From: Gammaproteobacteria bacterium
GTDB lineage: Bacteria > Pseudomonadota > Gammaproteobacteria > Eutrophobiales > Eutrophobiaceae
DNA: 64,000 nucleotides
NCBI GenBank assembly: GCA_965221695.1
Contig: OZ244905.1
Location: 2,912,001-2,976,000, forward strand
Reading direction: 5' to 3'
Position numbers and translations under genes: made by a program. This document shows, in pieces, positions 10,503 to 20,885 of this stretch; positions within the stretch are counted from its first letter, which is position 1; every line of letters begins with the position of its first letter. Below the pieces are notes generated by a model that was not told the DNA's origin, did not search any database, and worked only from the letters and a program-made list of their open reading frames with translations.

Positions 10503-10930
10503 TCCTGATCGATGCCAATCTTTTGATTTATGCCATCAACCGCGATGCTGACCAGCATCAGCGGGCGCGCAAGTGGTTGGAGCAGACTTTGTCGGGAGCG
10601 ACTGAGGTTGGTCTGGCTTGGATCGTGGTTTTGGCGTTTATTCGCATAACAACCCGCGCCGGAATTTTGGCTAAACCATTACATTATACTCAGGCGCTTG
10701 CTTATGTAGACGGCTGGCTCAGTCAACCACATGTGGATGTGCTGTCTCCGGGAGTACATCACTGGTCGATTTTCAGAAACCTGCTGAGCAACACCGGTAG
10801 TGCCGGCAACCTGACAACAGATGCTCATCTTGCCGCATTAGCCATTGAAATCGGGGCAGAAATCTATTCTGCGGATTATGATTTTCGCCGCTTTCCCGGG
10901 ATTACCCATATCAATCCTTTACAAGACTGA
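10499..10930 (+). CDS. vapC: VapC PIN-domain toxin
   Basis: ILIDANLLIYA, NLTTDAHLAALA, SADYDFRRF. Confidence 0.93.
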   Translation: MILIDANLLIYAINRDADQHQRARKWLEQTLSGATEVGLAWIVVLAFIRITTRAGILAKPLHYTQALAYVDGWLSQPHVDVLSPGVHHWSIFRNLLSNTGSAGNLTTDAHLAALAIEIGAEIYSADYDFRRFPGITHINPLQD

Positions 10931-10970
10931 AACTGTCAGGTAGACCTCTTACTTATCTGAAATACCGCCA

Positions 10971-11216
10971 ATGACAAATTCACAATATGTAATTTGTATT
11001 GACAATTCCGGTTATGAGGCATCTCTGGAACGGAGTAAAATATATCAACTCATTCCGGATGAACAGGCAGCCAGACATCGCCAACTGCGGGTCACGGATG
11101 AGTCAGGAGAAGACTACCTGTTTCCTGAGGCCTGTTTTATGACGGCAGCTTTGCCTGGAACAAAACGGCCCGCGACCCGACAGCGCCCACAGAAACACAA
11201 CCAAAGAAAAACTTGA
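10971..11216 (+). CDS. small hypothetical protein (TA-neighbourhood family, DESGEDYL motif)
   Basis: VICIDNSGYEASLE...RVTDESGEDYLFP resembles a small protein family I recall; C-terminus looks divergent. Confidence 0.6.
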   Translation: MTNSQYVICIDNSGYEASLERSKIYQLIPDEQAARHRQLRVTDESGEDYLFPEACFMTAALPGTKRPATRQRPQKHNQRKT

Positions 11217-11238
11217 CGCCGGTACGCAAAAACCAACA

Positions 11239-11694
11239 ATGACTGACCAGGCCGACAGATATCATTACACCGAATCCGGATTGCCCAATGTATGGATTGA
11301 GGGTTTGGCATTGCAGGATGATAACGAGGACGACACGGTTGTTATCCCATACATCCGTGAACTGCATAAACTGATTGCGTGCGAAACTGTGCAGTCAGAC
11401 GGCGCTTTGACCGGCGCGGAGTTAAGATATCTGCGCACTGAAATGGGAATGACCCAGGCACAACTCGGACAACTGGTTCACCGTGAGCGTTTGACTGTGT
11501 CGCGTTGGGAGCATGGTGAGAGCGAAATGGATGGCGCGGCCGAAGCGCTGGTACGCATCTTCGCAATCAGAAAGTTGGAACTGGATGAAGCCGACCTGGC
11601 TGAAATCAGCGCCAAGTGCCAATCTGTCACAACGCGCAAACTGCCTATTCGAATAGACGCATCCAACCCCGCAAACTACAGACTTGCGGCGTGA
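11239..11694 (+). CDS. XRE/HTH transcriptional regulator, MqsA-like antitoxin (orphan)
   Basis: YHYTESGLPNVW N-terminus; LTGAELRYLRTEMGMTQAQLG...VSRWE HTH. Confidence 0.8.
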   Translation: MTDQADRYHYTESGLPNVWIEGLALQDDNEDDTVVIPYIRELHKLIACETVQSDGALTGAELRYLRTEMGMTQAQLGQLVHRERLTVSRWEHGESEMDGAAEALVRIFAIRKLELDEADLAEISAKCQSVTTRKLPIRIDASNPANYRLAA

Positions 11695-11761
11695 TACAAG
11701 ATTTGACAATATCTGAAATGCCGCAAATGACAAATTCACAGAAACACAGCCAAAGAAAAAC

Positions 11762-11926
11762 TTGACACAGGCATAAATTCTTTCTTACTATTCTGTTGAC
11801 AAGGCTGAATATTGCTGGCATATTGCGATTGTTTAAGTCAAGGGGGGCGCCTGCGGCAGGTAGCGTTGGAATATCTGTATAATTTTTGCTACAGGTGTTG
11901 ACATACCCCACAAATATCGGCATATT
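11762..11926 (+). promoter_or_regulatory. tandem sigma70-like promoters upstream of the RTX gene
   Basis: TTGACA-18-TACTAT (11762), TTGACA-17-CATATT (11796), TTGACA-17-CATATT (11898). Confidence 0.55.
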
Positions 11927-12130
11927 GCAACCAACAAGAAAAACAAGTACTATGAACATCAGGCTTGGGGTGCCATTGACAGGATTTAAAGGTTTGCATG
12001 TTGACTTATATCACCCGCAGCGCGATATTTGTCGGCAGTGATTATATTTTTTTTGCAAATGTGTGTAATAATGTCTAAAATACAAGCGAATTCGTTTACT
12101 TCTATCTGATATACACGGGAGAACAAAGTT

Positions 12131-15100
12131 ATGTCTAATCACAATGAGACGACGATGCAAGATGCGGCAGCAGGTCTTGACACGACGTACAGTTTCACTC
12201 CGGATGCCAGGGGCTCGTACAGGCCAGGCGTAGACGGCCGGGAGGGCAACAACACGTTCGAAGGAGCGCTTACCCCCGGAGATTCGGACTGGGTAAGTAT
12301 CGAATTGAAGGCCGGAACGGTTTATACCATTACCGTAACAGGCAGAGAGCTCGACAATGATCGGAGCACAGTAACTGCACTGAACGACTCCATTCTCACG
12401 GTCTATGACTCCAAGGGCGTCATGGTCGACATGAACGATGATATCGATGGCGCAGACGGCATGCTCAATTCCGAGTTGGAGATCAATCCGGATGCGGACG
12501 GCGTATTCTACATCGCTGTCAGCGCCTTCTCGGCGAACCCGGGAGCGTCGGCCAGTGGTGGTTATACCGTCACAGTGGCAGAGTCGGAACCGCCTGACCC
12601 GAATATGGGCAAAGACATAACCGGTACCGCGAACGATGACAAGCTGATAGGCACCGAGAAGAATGAAAAGATTAATGGCGGCCCCGATGGTACGGGCACT
12701 CCTGCTACGAATGGCAATGACTCGCTGTATGGCTTGGGCGGTGATGACACACTGCAAGGCGGCACAGGCAACGATCTGCTGGTAGGCGGCCCGGGTTCCG
12801 ATGTGAACCAGGGTGGCGCAGGCGAGGATACCGTGTCCTATGCGACTTCAGCGGAAGGCGTCCGTGTCAGCCTGTTGACCGGGATTGCCCGCGGCGGCGA
12901 CGCCGGTGGCGACTCCTTTGGCGACCCGAATGCGGAAGAGTATACCAACGACATAGAGAACCTCCAGGGTTCCGGGCACGACGACGAGTTGGTCGGCGAT
13001 ACCCTGGCCAACGAAATCTGGGGTCTCGGCGGCGATGACGTAATAAGCGGCAATGTCGGCGATGACACCCTCTCCGGCGGCGCAGGCGACGACGAACTGG
13101 ACGGCGGCGACGGCGACGACACGCTGACTGGCGGCGCAGGCGCTGATGCGCTGACTGGCGGCAAAGGTGATGATACTGCGTCCTACGAAGGTTCTGCGTC
13201 GGGCGTCATGGTGCGCCTGCATTCTTACGTGGCAAGAAATGTCGATCGCGAAGCGGAAAACGATTCCGACGCCGCAGGCGACACCTTCGTCGGCAGGACG
13301 ACTTACAAGCACACGACCACAAATGCTGATGACGAGACCATCAATACGGAATCCACGGCTGCCGATATCGAAAACCTGACCGGTTCAAGCCATGCGGATA
13401 TCCTCGCAGGTGACGGCCGAGAAAATGAGATCAAAGGTGGTGATGGTGACGACACGATCTATGGCGGTCCTGGCGGTGATAAAGATACCAACGATGACGA
13501 CCTGTACGGCGAAGGTGGCAATGATACGCTGTACGGCGGTATCGGCGATGACGAGTTGTTCGGTGGCGACGGCGACGATGTGCTCGTGGGTGGCCCCGGT
13601 CTGGACAAGTATGAGGGCGGTGCCGGCAACGACCTGATTTATGTCGACAAAGCAGACGCCGATGATACTAACGGCAAAGTCCACGGCGGCGAAAACACTG
13701 CTGCGGGTTCACGTCCGGACAGCGATACCGTATCTTTTGAGCGGTTTACCGATGATGATGGTGGAATCACAGGTGTTGCTCTTGGTACTGGCATTTATCT
13801 GCAGATCGAAAATGCTATCGGCACCGACTTTGATGATACGATCACAGGTAGTGACAGTGAGGCAAATACCATAGAAGGTGGTGAAGGTGGCGATACGCTG
13901 AGTGGCGGCGCTGATAGTAATGATCCTGGCGATACTGTGTCTTATGCAAGTTCACCTAAGCGTGTGAGGATCGATTTTAGCGGTGCTACCGATACGGCCG
14001 TTGGCGGTCATGCCACGGGTGATACCCTTAAGAACTTCGAGAACATTATCGGGTCTGCTTATGATGATGTATTGGAAGGTGACGACACCGCCAACGTACT
14101 CACAGGCCTCGCCGGCGACGATGAACTGGCAGGCAATGGCGGTGATGATACGCTGAGTGGTGGCGACGGTGATGATGAGTTGAACGGCGGCTTAGGCGAC
14201 GACACTCTGGAAGGTGGCGCTGGCGCTGACGAACTGGATGGTGGCGCTGCGGAGGACAGTAATGGTAATCCGCTAGCTGCATCTACTAGAAATACACTGT
14301 CCTATGCCAGTTCGGACGCCGGTGTTTCGGTAAATCTGGCGTCTGCCAATGCTGCGGGCGGCCACGCCCAGGGCGACATCATTGCTGTCATTGATGATGT
14401 CGACCACGACGGCGACGAACTGACAGATTCTGACGGTGATAACGACCCCGACGACAGAACGGATACAGCCAGGATTGACGTTGCCACATTCGCCAGTCTC
14501 ACCGGTTCAGCGCACAATGACAGCCTGACCGGCGACTACCGGATGAATGTCCTCAACGGCGGCGATGGTATAGACAGTCTTGACGGCCGCGGCGGCTGGG
14601 ATATGCTCATCGGCGGCGCCGGCGCTGACCGGCTGGATGGTGGCGAGTCTGGCGCAGTGGCTGATGACCCGTCTACCGCTGGTACTGATGAGACAAGAGC
14701 GGAAGATGTCGACTGGGCAGTCTACCGGGATGCCAAAGGCGGCGTTACGGTGAACTTGCAGACCGGCATGGGTACTGCCGGCGACGCCGACGGTGATGAG
14801 CTGACTGATATCGAACTGGTCTGGGGTTCTAGCGACGAGGACAATGGTGATACGTTTATAGCCAGCGACGGCGCTGACCTGATCCACGGCGATCTTGGCA
14901 GCGATACGGTGTCCTACGAGGCCTCGAGCTTGGGAGTTACCGTTTCACTTGTTGGTGCAGCCAGGAGTAATACCTTTGATGATACGGATTGGGATAAGGA
15001 TCCGACAGATGGCGTCATCGCAACAGCTACGCCGACTAATGGACGAGGCCTGCCGGATGACGACTTGGCTCCAGCTCAAGATCTGCTTGACAAGGATGGG

Positions 15101-15742
15101 GCGGTTACAACCGATCCGGATGATAATGTCAACGGCGCAGCCGGCGACAGGCTGGGCGGCATTGAGAATATCACAGGTTCTGATTATGACGACTCCCTGA
15201 CCGGTGACGAGAATGCCAACACCCTCAATGGTGGTGGTGGCGAAGATACGTTGAACGGTGGAGATGGTGACGACACCTTGAATGGTGGCGCTGGTGAGGA
15301 CACCTTGAATGGTGGCGTTGGAGTTGACATCTTGAGTGGCGGAGCCGGTGATGACACCCTGGATGGTGGCGATGGCAATGACACCCTGAACGGTGGCGCT
15401 GGCGACGACAACCTGACGGGCGGAGCCGGTAATGACAGACTGAACGGCGGAACCGGCGATGATGATTTGGAAGGCGGAGCTGGCGATGACACGTATATCA
15501 TCGGCCTTGACAACGGCGACGATTACATCGTTGGTTTTGACAAGGATGCTGCTCTTGAGAGGATTGACCTTTCGGCCTTCGATAGCATTGACTCGTTCGA
15601 CGATCTGACCATCAGGGTACGCGGTGGCAATGCAGTGATCGACCTGTCCGCCCATGGCGGTGATTCGATCACGTTAGTCGGCATTAACCAAGATGATCTT
15701 ACTGACGGCACCTTCGGCGCCAACGACTTCATCATTGTGTAA
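12131..15742 (+). CDS. RTX/hemolysin-type Ca-binding repeat protein with N-terminal PPC-like domain (T1SS substrate)
   Basis: many GGxGxDxLx nonapeptides, recurring IENLxGS...D modules, no Sec signal, C-terminal amphipathic ...ANDFIIV. Confidence 0.92.
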   Translation: MSNHNETTMQDAAAGLDTTYSFTPDARGSYRPGVDGREGNNTFEGALTPGDSDWVSIELKAGTVYTITVTGRELDNDRSTVTALNDSILTVYDSKGVMVDMNDDIDGADGMLNSELEINPDADGVFYIAVSAFSANPGASASGGYTVTVAESEPPDPNMGKDITGTANDDKLIGTEKNEKINGGPDGTGTPATNGNDSLYGLGGDDTLQGGTGNDLLVGGPGSDVNQGGAGEDTVSYATSAEGVRVSLLTGIARGGDAGGDSFGDPNAEEYTNDIENLQGSGHDDELVGDTLANEIWGLGGDDVISGNVGDDTLSGGAGDDELDGGDGDDTLTGGAGADALTGGKGDDTASYEGSASGVMVRLHSYVARNVDREAENDSDAAGDTFVGRTTYKHTTTNADDETINTESTAADIENLTGSSHADILAGDGRENEIKGGDGDDTIYGGPGGDKDTNDDDLYGEGGNDTLYGGIGDDELFGGDGDDVLVGGPGLDKYEGGAGNDLIYVDKADADDTNGKVHGGENTAAGSRPDSDTVSFERFTDDDGGITGVALGTGIYLQIENAIGTDFDDTITGSDSEANTIEGGEGGDTLSGGADSNDPGDTVSYASSPKRVRIDFSGATDTAVGGHATGDTLKNFENIIGSAYDDVLEGDDTANVLTGLAGDDELAGNGGDDTLSGGDGDDELNGGLGDDTLEGGAGADELDGGAAEDSNGNPLAASTRNTLSYASSDAGVSVNLASANAAGGHAQGDIIAVIDDVDHDGDELTDSDGDNDPDDRTDTARIDVATFASLTGSAHNDSLTGDYRMNVLNGGDGIDSLDGRGGWDMLIGGAGADRLDGGESGAVADDPSTAGTDETRAEDVDWAVYRDAKGGVTVNLQTGMGTAGDADGDELTDIELVWGSSDEDNGDTFIASDGADLIHGDLGSDTVSYEASSLGVTVSLVGAARSNTFDDTDWDKDPTDGVIATATPTNGRGLPDDDLAPAQDLLDKDGAVTTDPDDNVNGAAGDRLGGIENITGSDYDDSLTGDENANTLNGGGGEDTLNGGDGDDTLNGGAGEDTLNGGVGVDILSGGAGDDTLDGGDGNDTLNGGAGDDNLTGGAGNDRLNGGTGDDDLEGGAGDDTYIIGLDNGDDYIVGFDKDAALERIDLSAFDSIDSFDDLTIRVRGGNAVIDLSAHGGDSITLVGINQDDLTDGTFGANDFIIV

Positions 15743-15795
15743 TAACCGGAGAGTGTGTTAAAACCAACTTCCTGATTGCACGGAAGTAAACGATC

Positions 15796-15844
15796 ACAGG
15801 GGCAGTTTAAACGGGCAACCGTTTAAATTCGCCCCTGTTTTATT
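15796..15844 (+). terminator. Rho-independent terminator of the RTX gene
   Basis: CAGGGGC-AGTTTAAACGG-GCAA-CCGTTTAAAT-TC-GCCCCTG followed by TTTTATTT. Confidence 0.8.
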
Positions 15845-15931
15845 TCCCCCTCCGAAAACCTAACCAACCCCCACTCCCTAGAATCTCGGGGTCCCGCCCC
15901 ACAGGTCATTACTCCACCCAGTAAAACTGAT

Positions 15932-15953
15932 GAGTCACCCTTCGGGCGACACA
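15932..15953. repeat. solo central hairpin of the REP family
   Basis: GAGTCACCCTTCGGGCGACACA. Confidence 0.65.
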
Positions 15954-16075
15954 ATAAGGAAGATGACAGACGAATCCGCAAGGTGTGCGGTGCGAAGAAT
16001 GTGGTGATTATCTGGCGCTTCTGTCTGAACCTGGCGCGGCGAATGTAGATTGCTTCACGCCCGATCCCGGCCAGC

Positions 16076-16504
16076 TTACAAGGTAAACTTATTCAGCGTA
16101 AATATGAATCCGACTATCAAAATCAGTTGGCCCACCATCCACTTAGCCATATCTTCCTTGGCGTTGCTAATGGCAACATCAATCTCCTGCCGAAGCGCCT
16201 CGACATTATGTTCGAGTTTGTCAAGACGCTGCTCAACCTTATTAAAACGTCGATCAATCTCATCAAAACGCTGGTCAAACTCGTCAAGACGCCGGTCAAT
16301 ATTTTCAACATCCACCCTCGTCGCCAGGTTATTCAACAGATCACCTTGTTCTGCCGCCAGCGCTTCTGCTTGCCGTTCGTCAAAACCGCATGCTGTCATC
16401 CGTTTTATGTAGGCATGTTCGTTGAACATGAGTATGTTGTGCTCCGGCGTAAAATAATGTGTTTCTGCCGCTTGTTTTGCTTGTGTTACTGTTGTTTCGT
16501 TCAT
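16076..16504 (-). CDS. DUF1640/CCDC90-like coiled-coil protein with C-terminal TM anchor
   Basis: FNEHAYIKRM..GFDERQAEA, LATRVD neck, heptad repeats, KWMVG + TM helix. Confidence 0.75.
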   Translation of the reverse strand: MNETTVTQAKQAAETHYFTPEHNILMFNEHAYIKRMTACGFDERQAEALAAEQGDLLNNLATRVDVENIDRRLDEFDQRFDEIDRRFNKVEQRLDKLEHNVEALRQEIDVAISNAKEDMAKWMVGQLILIVGFIFTLNKFTL

Positions 16505-16868
16505 ACGTAACTCCCATTATTCCGTTCATTAGTAATGTAAATGATCGAGTAACCATTTCTGCTTACTCCTTGGAATTAAGATTAGCAACCAGTAATGAGG
16601 CTGTCAATAAAGATATAGTTGACGCCAGCCTGGGATTGCAAGCTGCTGTTTCAGGTTCAAAGTGATCGCCGATTGCACAGAATTAGATGTCCAACAAAAA
16701 AATTTGCATGATTTTGTGACAAAACTCACGTAAGCCGAGAGTTAATTGTTGACAGTTTTGATTCCCGGATTCATACTTAATGGACACAAAGAAGACGAAA
16801 TAAACGCTTCGTGGAATTTACCGTTTCACCTGATAATCTATCCTGATGAAAATCCAGGGAGGGAAAAA

Positions 16869-17171
16869 ATGAAAAGTATGGCCAAAGAAATATATGATGC
16901 GTTTCTGGAAGCAGGCGTGTCCCAGGAAAGAGCCGAAGATGCTGCCGCTGTTGTGCCGCCAATTGACAACCTTGCAACCAAAACACAACTGGTTGAACTC
17001 CGCCATGACATGACAAAAATGGAATCTGGCATACGAGGAGACATGACAAAAATGGAGGCAGGTTTACGAGAGGATATGTCAAAAATGGAAATGAGATTGA
17101 TCAAGTGGATGGTCTCACTACAGGCGACTACGTTGGCGATGATCATCGCGCTATTCATCAAGTTTCTATAA
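16869..17171 (+). CDS. DUF1640/CCDC90-like coiled-coil protein with C-terminal TM anchor
   Basis: EIYDAFLEAGVSQERA, LATKTQL neck, 11-aa repeats DMTKMExGxRx, LIKWMV + TM helix; GGAGGG RBS. Confidence 0.78.
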   Translation: MKSMAKEIYDAFLEAGVSQERAEDAAAVVPPIDNLATKTQLVELRHDMTKMESGIRGDMTKMEAGLREDMSKMEMRLIKWMVSLQATTLAMIIALFIKFL

Positions 17172-17593
17172 CCGCAATCGAGCGAAGTCCGCGCCAATCG
17201 TGTTTGCGTCAAGAACCACCCTGTAGTCAAGCTCTGCACAGTTACCTTGATATCCGTGTGCAGCCGCGGCCGCCTTAGTAGCCGGTATCCTGCGCTATCC
17301 GGCTAGTCATGGCTGCCGACGGACTCCATTAGGGCTTAAATCAGAGTTTTTCAGAACCGAAATGAACCTCTGATGTGAAGTCAGAGCTTCCAGAAATACA
17401 TCAGCGTTATCACACATTAAATGCGGGCATGAAGCGCTTCTCGCCGTGTCATCAATAATCGTCCCCATTTTGTATTGTAACGATAAGTTTCTGTAACTGG
17501 CATCGCGTGATGTCCGTACCAGTAGAGTCATTGACAATTGACATGCCAGAATCCATACTCAATGAACTTCTGACATAATCAGAGATTTACCGA

Positions 17594-18874
17594 ATGAAAC
17601 ACTTACTTGTCGTTGTTTGTCTCTTTGCGAACGCCGCTGCTCTGGCGGAGAGTTATGTCATTCATGCCGGTGCATTGTTTGATAGTGTCTCCGGTAATGT
17701 TCTTGAAGAACAGAGCATTCACGTGGCAGATGGGAAAATCACCTCTGTTGCGGCGGGTTATCAAGCTGTTGCAGACGGGGCGCAGCTCATCGATTTGCGC
17801 GCTGCGACTGTCATGCCAGGTTTAATGGATATGCATGTGCACTTGGATATGCAGTTAGCGCCGGAGAGGTATATAGAAAAGTACACACTTAACCCGATTG
17901 AACTCGCTTACCGGTCGACGGTCTATGCCCGACGCACGTTGCTGGCCGGATTTACCACGGTGCGCAATGTCGGTGATACCGGCAATATCACTATTTCTCT
18001 GCGTAACGCGATTGAACAGGGTTATGTAGACGGGCCGCGCATCATTACCGCAGGCAAAGGCATTTCCGTGACCGGTGGTCACATGGATCCCACCAGTGGA
18101 AACAGTTATGCGCTGATGGGCGACCCGGGTCCGGCAGAGGGCGTGATCAACGGGCCGTACGAGGCGCGCAAAGCGGTGCGCCAGCGTTACAAGGACGGTG
18201 CGGATGTTATCAAGGTGGCTGCCACCGGCGGCATGCTGAGCACGACGAAAAACGGCCTGGCGCCGCATGTGGCCATGGATGAACTGGAAGCAATTGTGGA
18301 AACCGCAGCAGATTATGGCATGGTTGTGGCCGCGCACGCCCATGGCGCGGAAGGGATCAAGCGCGCCATACGTACCGGTGTCAATTCCATCGAGCACGGC
18401 TCAGAGTTGGATGATGAAGGAATAAGCCTGATGAAGCAGTATGGGACTTACCTTGTTCCGACAATGATGGCGCCGGATTTTGCGGTGGAGAAGGCCAGGA
18501 TTGACGGTTTTTTTCCTCCAGTCGTCCTGGCAAAAGTCAGAGTGTTTGAGCAATCCATTCCGGTCATGGTGAATAAAGCCTATACGAGCGGCGTCAACAT
18601 TGCTTTTGGCACGGACAGTGGTGTAACGCCCCATGGCGAGAATGCAAAGGAGTTTACGCTGTTGGTGGAGGCCGGGATGAAGCCGGCGCATGCGTTGCAG
18701 TCCGCGACGATCAATTCGGCAAGGTTGATCAGAATTGACGCGGAAGCGGGCAGTATTGAGGCCGGGAAACGGGCAGATATTGTTGCTGTGAAAGGCGACC
18801 CTTTGGCGGACATCAGCCTGATGCAGCAGGTCAGTTTTGTTATGAAGCAAGGGAAAATCTATAAACGGGAATAA
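17594..18874 (+). CDS. secreted metal-dependent amidohydrolase (Xaa-Pro dipeptidase-like)
   Basis: signal peptide, PGLMDMHVHL, AAHAHG, SIEHG, FGTDSG. Confidence 0.9.
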   Translation: MKHLLVVVCLFANAAALAESYVIHAGALFDSVSGNVLEEQSIHVADGKITSVAAGYQAVADGAQLIDLRAATVMPGLMDMHVHLDMQLAPERYIEKYTLNPIELAYRSTVYARRTLLAGFTTVRNVGDTGNITISLRNAIEQGYVDGPRIITAGKGISVTGGHMDPTSGNSYALMGDPGPAEGVINGPYEARKAVRQRYKDGADVIKVAATGGMLSTTKNGLAPHVAMDELEAIVETAADYGMVVAAHAHGAEGIKRAIRTGVNSIEHGSELDDEGISLMKQYGTYLVPTMMAPDFAVEKARIDGFFPPVVLAKVRVFEQSIPVMVNKAYTSGVNIAFGTDSGVTPHGENAKEFTLLVEAGMKPAHALQSATINSARLIRIDAEAGSIEAGKRADIVAVKGDPLADISLMQQVSFVMKQGKIYKRE

Positions 18875-19034
18875 GTAACACTGAATACACTGGCCCTCAG
18901 TCATCACCGCTACAGGGTTGGTGTTATCCACGCAAGCCCGCGCCTTTCAAAAACCGCAAAAATATCGTATATTGTCGGGTTAATATCGTAATACCCTAAC
19001 CACCTCTGATCAGGTGACGCCTCGGCGACTTCGT

Positions 19035-20783
19035 ATGCAACCAAAGCTTCCAGGAAATACAGGCCCGGCAGAAGAAACCCAATTGCAGGCGGCATTGCGC
19101 CGTTGCCGCAAGGGTTTGCTGGGTGTGACCCTGTTCAGCGCGATGGCCAATATACTGATGCTGGTGGCGCCGGTCTACATGCTGCAGATGTACGACCGGG
19201 TATTGACCAGCGCCAGTTACGAGACCTTGATCGTGCTGACCGTGGTGGCGGTCTTCCTGCTGGCCTGCTTCGGTCTGTTGGATTGGGTGCGCCAGCGGCT
19301 GATGGCGCGTATCGCGCTGTTCCTGAACTACGAGGTCATGGATGACGTGCTGACCGGCGTGTTCCGCGGCAGCCTGCAACGCTTCCGGCAGAGCGCCGAC
19401 CAGCCGGTACGCGATCTCGATACGGTGCGCCAGTTCATATCCAGCCCGCCCGCGCTGTCCTTCTTCGACGCCCCCTGGGCGCCGGTGTTCATCGGCGCCA
19501 TCTTCCTGATCCACCCGTGGCTGGGTTTTTTTGCAATTTTCGCCGCGTTGTTCATCCTGATGCTGGCCTTGCTTACGGAGTGGACCTCCCGCGGGCCGTT
19601 CCGTAATGCATCGGAACACACTGCGGAGTCTCACCGGTTTATTGAAAGCAGCCTGCGCCATGCGGATGTGCTCGAAGCGATGGGCATGTTCGAGGGTTTT
19701 CGCCGCCGCTGGCGTGACAAGCATGACCGCGGCATCGCGTTTCAGGCTCGGGGCGGTTCCAGGGTCAGCATGTTGCTGGCCACTTCCAAGTCCGGCCGCC
19801 AGATCGTTCAGGTAGGCATTCTGGGCCTCGGCGCCTGGTTGGTACTGAAGCAGGCAATCTCGCCGGGCATGATGATCGCCGCTTCCATTATCCTCGGGCG
19901 TGCGCTGGCGCCCATCGAACAAGGCATTTCGGGATGGCGTGGCTTCGTCTCGGCGCGCCAGTCCTGGCGCCGCTTGAACAACCTGCTCGACGCCGCGCCA
20001 CCGGCGCAAGGCGGGGGCGCGACCAGTTTGCCCCGGCCCACCGGCCTGCTGGAGGTGGAGAGCGTGTCCGCGGCGCCGCCGGGGGCCACCAAAGCGACGC
20101 TGCTACGGATAAATTTTACCCTGGAGCCGGGTTCCAGCACGGGGCTGATCGGCCCCAGCGGCAGCGGCAAGAGCACCCTGGCCCGCCTGCTGGTGGGCGT
20201 ATGGACTCCCCAGGCGGGGGCGGTGCGCCTCGATGGCGCAATGATCGCCGACTGGCCGACCGAAAGCCGGTTCCGCCATGTGGGCTACCTGCCCCAGGAG
20301 GTGGAACTGTTCGAGGGCACGGTGGCCGAGAACATTGCTCGCCTGTCCGAACCGGACAACGAGGCAGTGATCGCCGCCGCACAGCAGGCGAACTGCCATG
20401 ACATGATCATGCGCCTGCCGGAGAACTATAACACGCCGATAGCGGCCGGTGGCGCCAACCTGTCAGCCGGCCAACGCCAGCGCGTGGCCTTGGCGCGGGC
20501 CATATACGGCGACCCGGCGCTGATCATCCTGGACGAGCCGGACGCGAACCTCGATGCAGACGGCGAGATGGCGCTCAGGAACGCGTTGCTCGCGTTGTCC
20601 AAGCGCGGCGTAACGCTGCTGATAGTGACCCACAACTTCCGCCTGCTGCAAGTGGTCAGGAATGTGATGGCGCTGAAAGATGGCGTGCTGCTGGAGAACG
20701 GCCCACGGGAAGAAGTCCTGAAACGCTTCATGCGCCCCGCTCCGGCAGTCGCCGGCGCAAAGAAAGCGCAAGCTGGAAACTAA
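19035..20783 (+). CDS. type I secretion ABC permease/ATPase (PrtD/AprD family)
   Basis: YMLQMYDRVL, FFDAPW, GPSGSGKST, LSAGQRQR, LDEP. Confidence 0.93.
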   Translation: MQPKLPGNTGPAEETQLQAALRRCRKGLLGVTLFSAMANILMLVAPVYMLQMYDRVLTSASYETLIVLTVVAVFLLACFGLLDWVRQRLMARIALFLNYEVMDDVLTGVFRGSLQRFRQSADQPVRDLDTVRQFISSPPALSFFDAPWAPVFIGAIFLIHPWLGFFAIFAALFILMLALLTEWTSRGPFRNASEHTAESHRFIESSLRHADVLEAMGMFEGFRRRWRDKHDRGIAFQARGGSRVSMLLATSKSGRQIVQVGILGLGAWLVLKQAISPGMMIAASIILGRALAPIEQGISGWRGFVSARQSWRRLNNLLDAAPPAQGGGATSLPRPTGLLEVESVSAAPPGATKATLLRINFTLEPGSSTGLIGPSGSGKSTLARLLVGVWTPQAGAVRLDGAMIADWPTESRFRHVGYLPQEVELFEGTVAENIARLSEPDNEAVIAAAQQANCHDMIMRLPENYNTPIAAGGANLSAGQRQRVALARAIYGDPALIILDEPDANLDADGEMALRNALLALSKRGVTLLIVTHNFRLLQVVRNVMALKDGVLLENGPREEVLKRFMRPAPAVAGAKKAQAGN

Positions 20784-20787
20784 TATA

Positions 20788-20876
20788 AGGGGTCGCCCCT
20801 CGGGCGACACAGAACATGACTGGACTCCCGCTTCCGCGGGAGTGGTACGGTGGTGAAGCTCGCGGGAGTGGTACGC
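20788..20876. repeat. REP-family copy inside the T1SS operon
   Basis: GGGTCGCCCCTCGGGCGACAC + GACTGGACTCCCGCTTCCGCGGGAGTGGTACG, with local duplication of CGCGGGAGTGGTACG. Confidence 0.85.
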
Positions 20877-20885
20877 AAATACAAG

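Noticed and set aside
10930-11770. Integron cassette array
   Set aside because: I found no convincing RYYYAAC...GTTRRRY attC pairs and no integrase.
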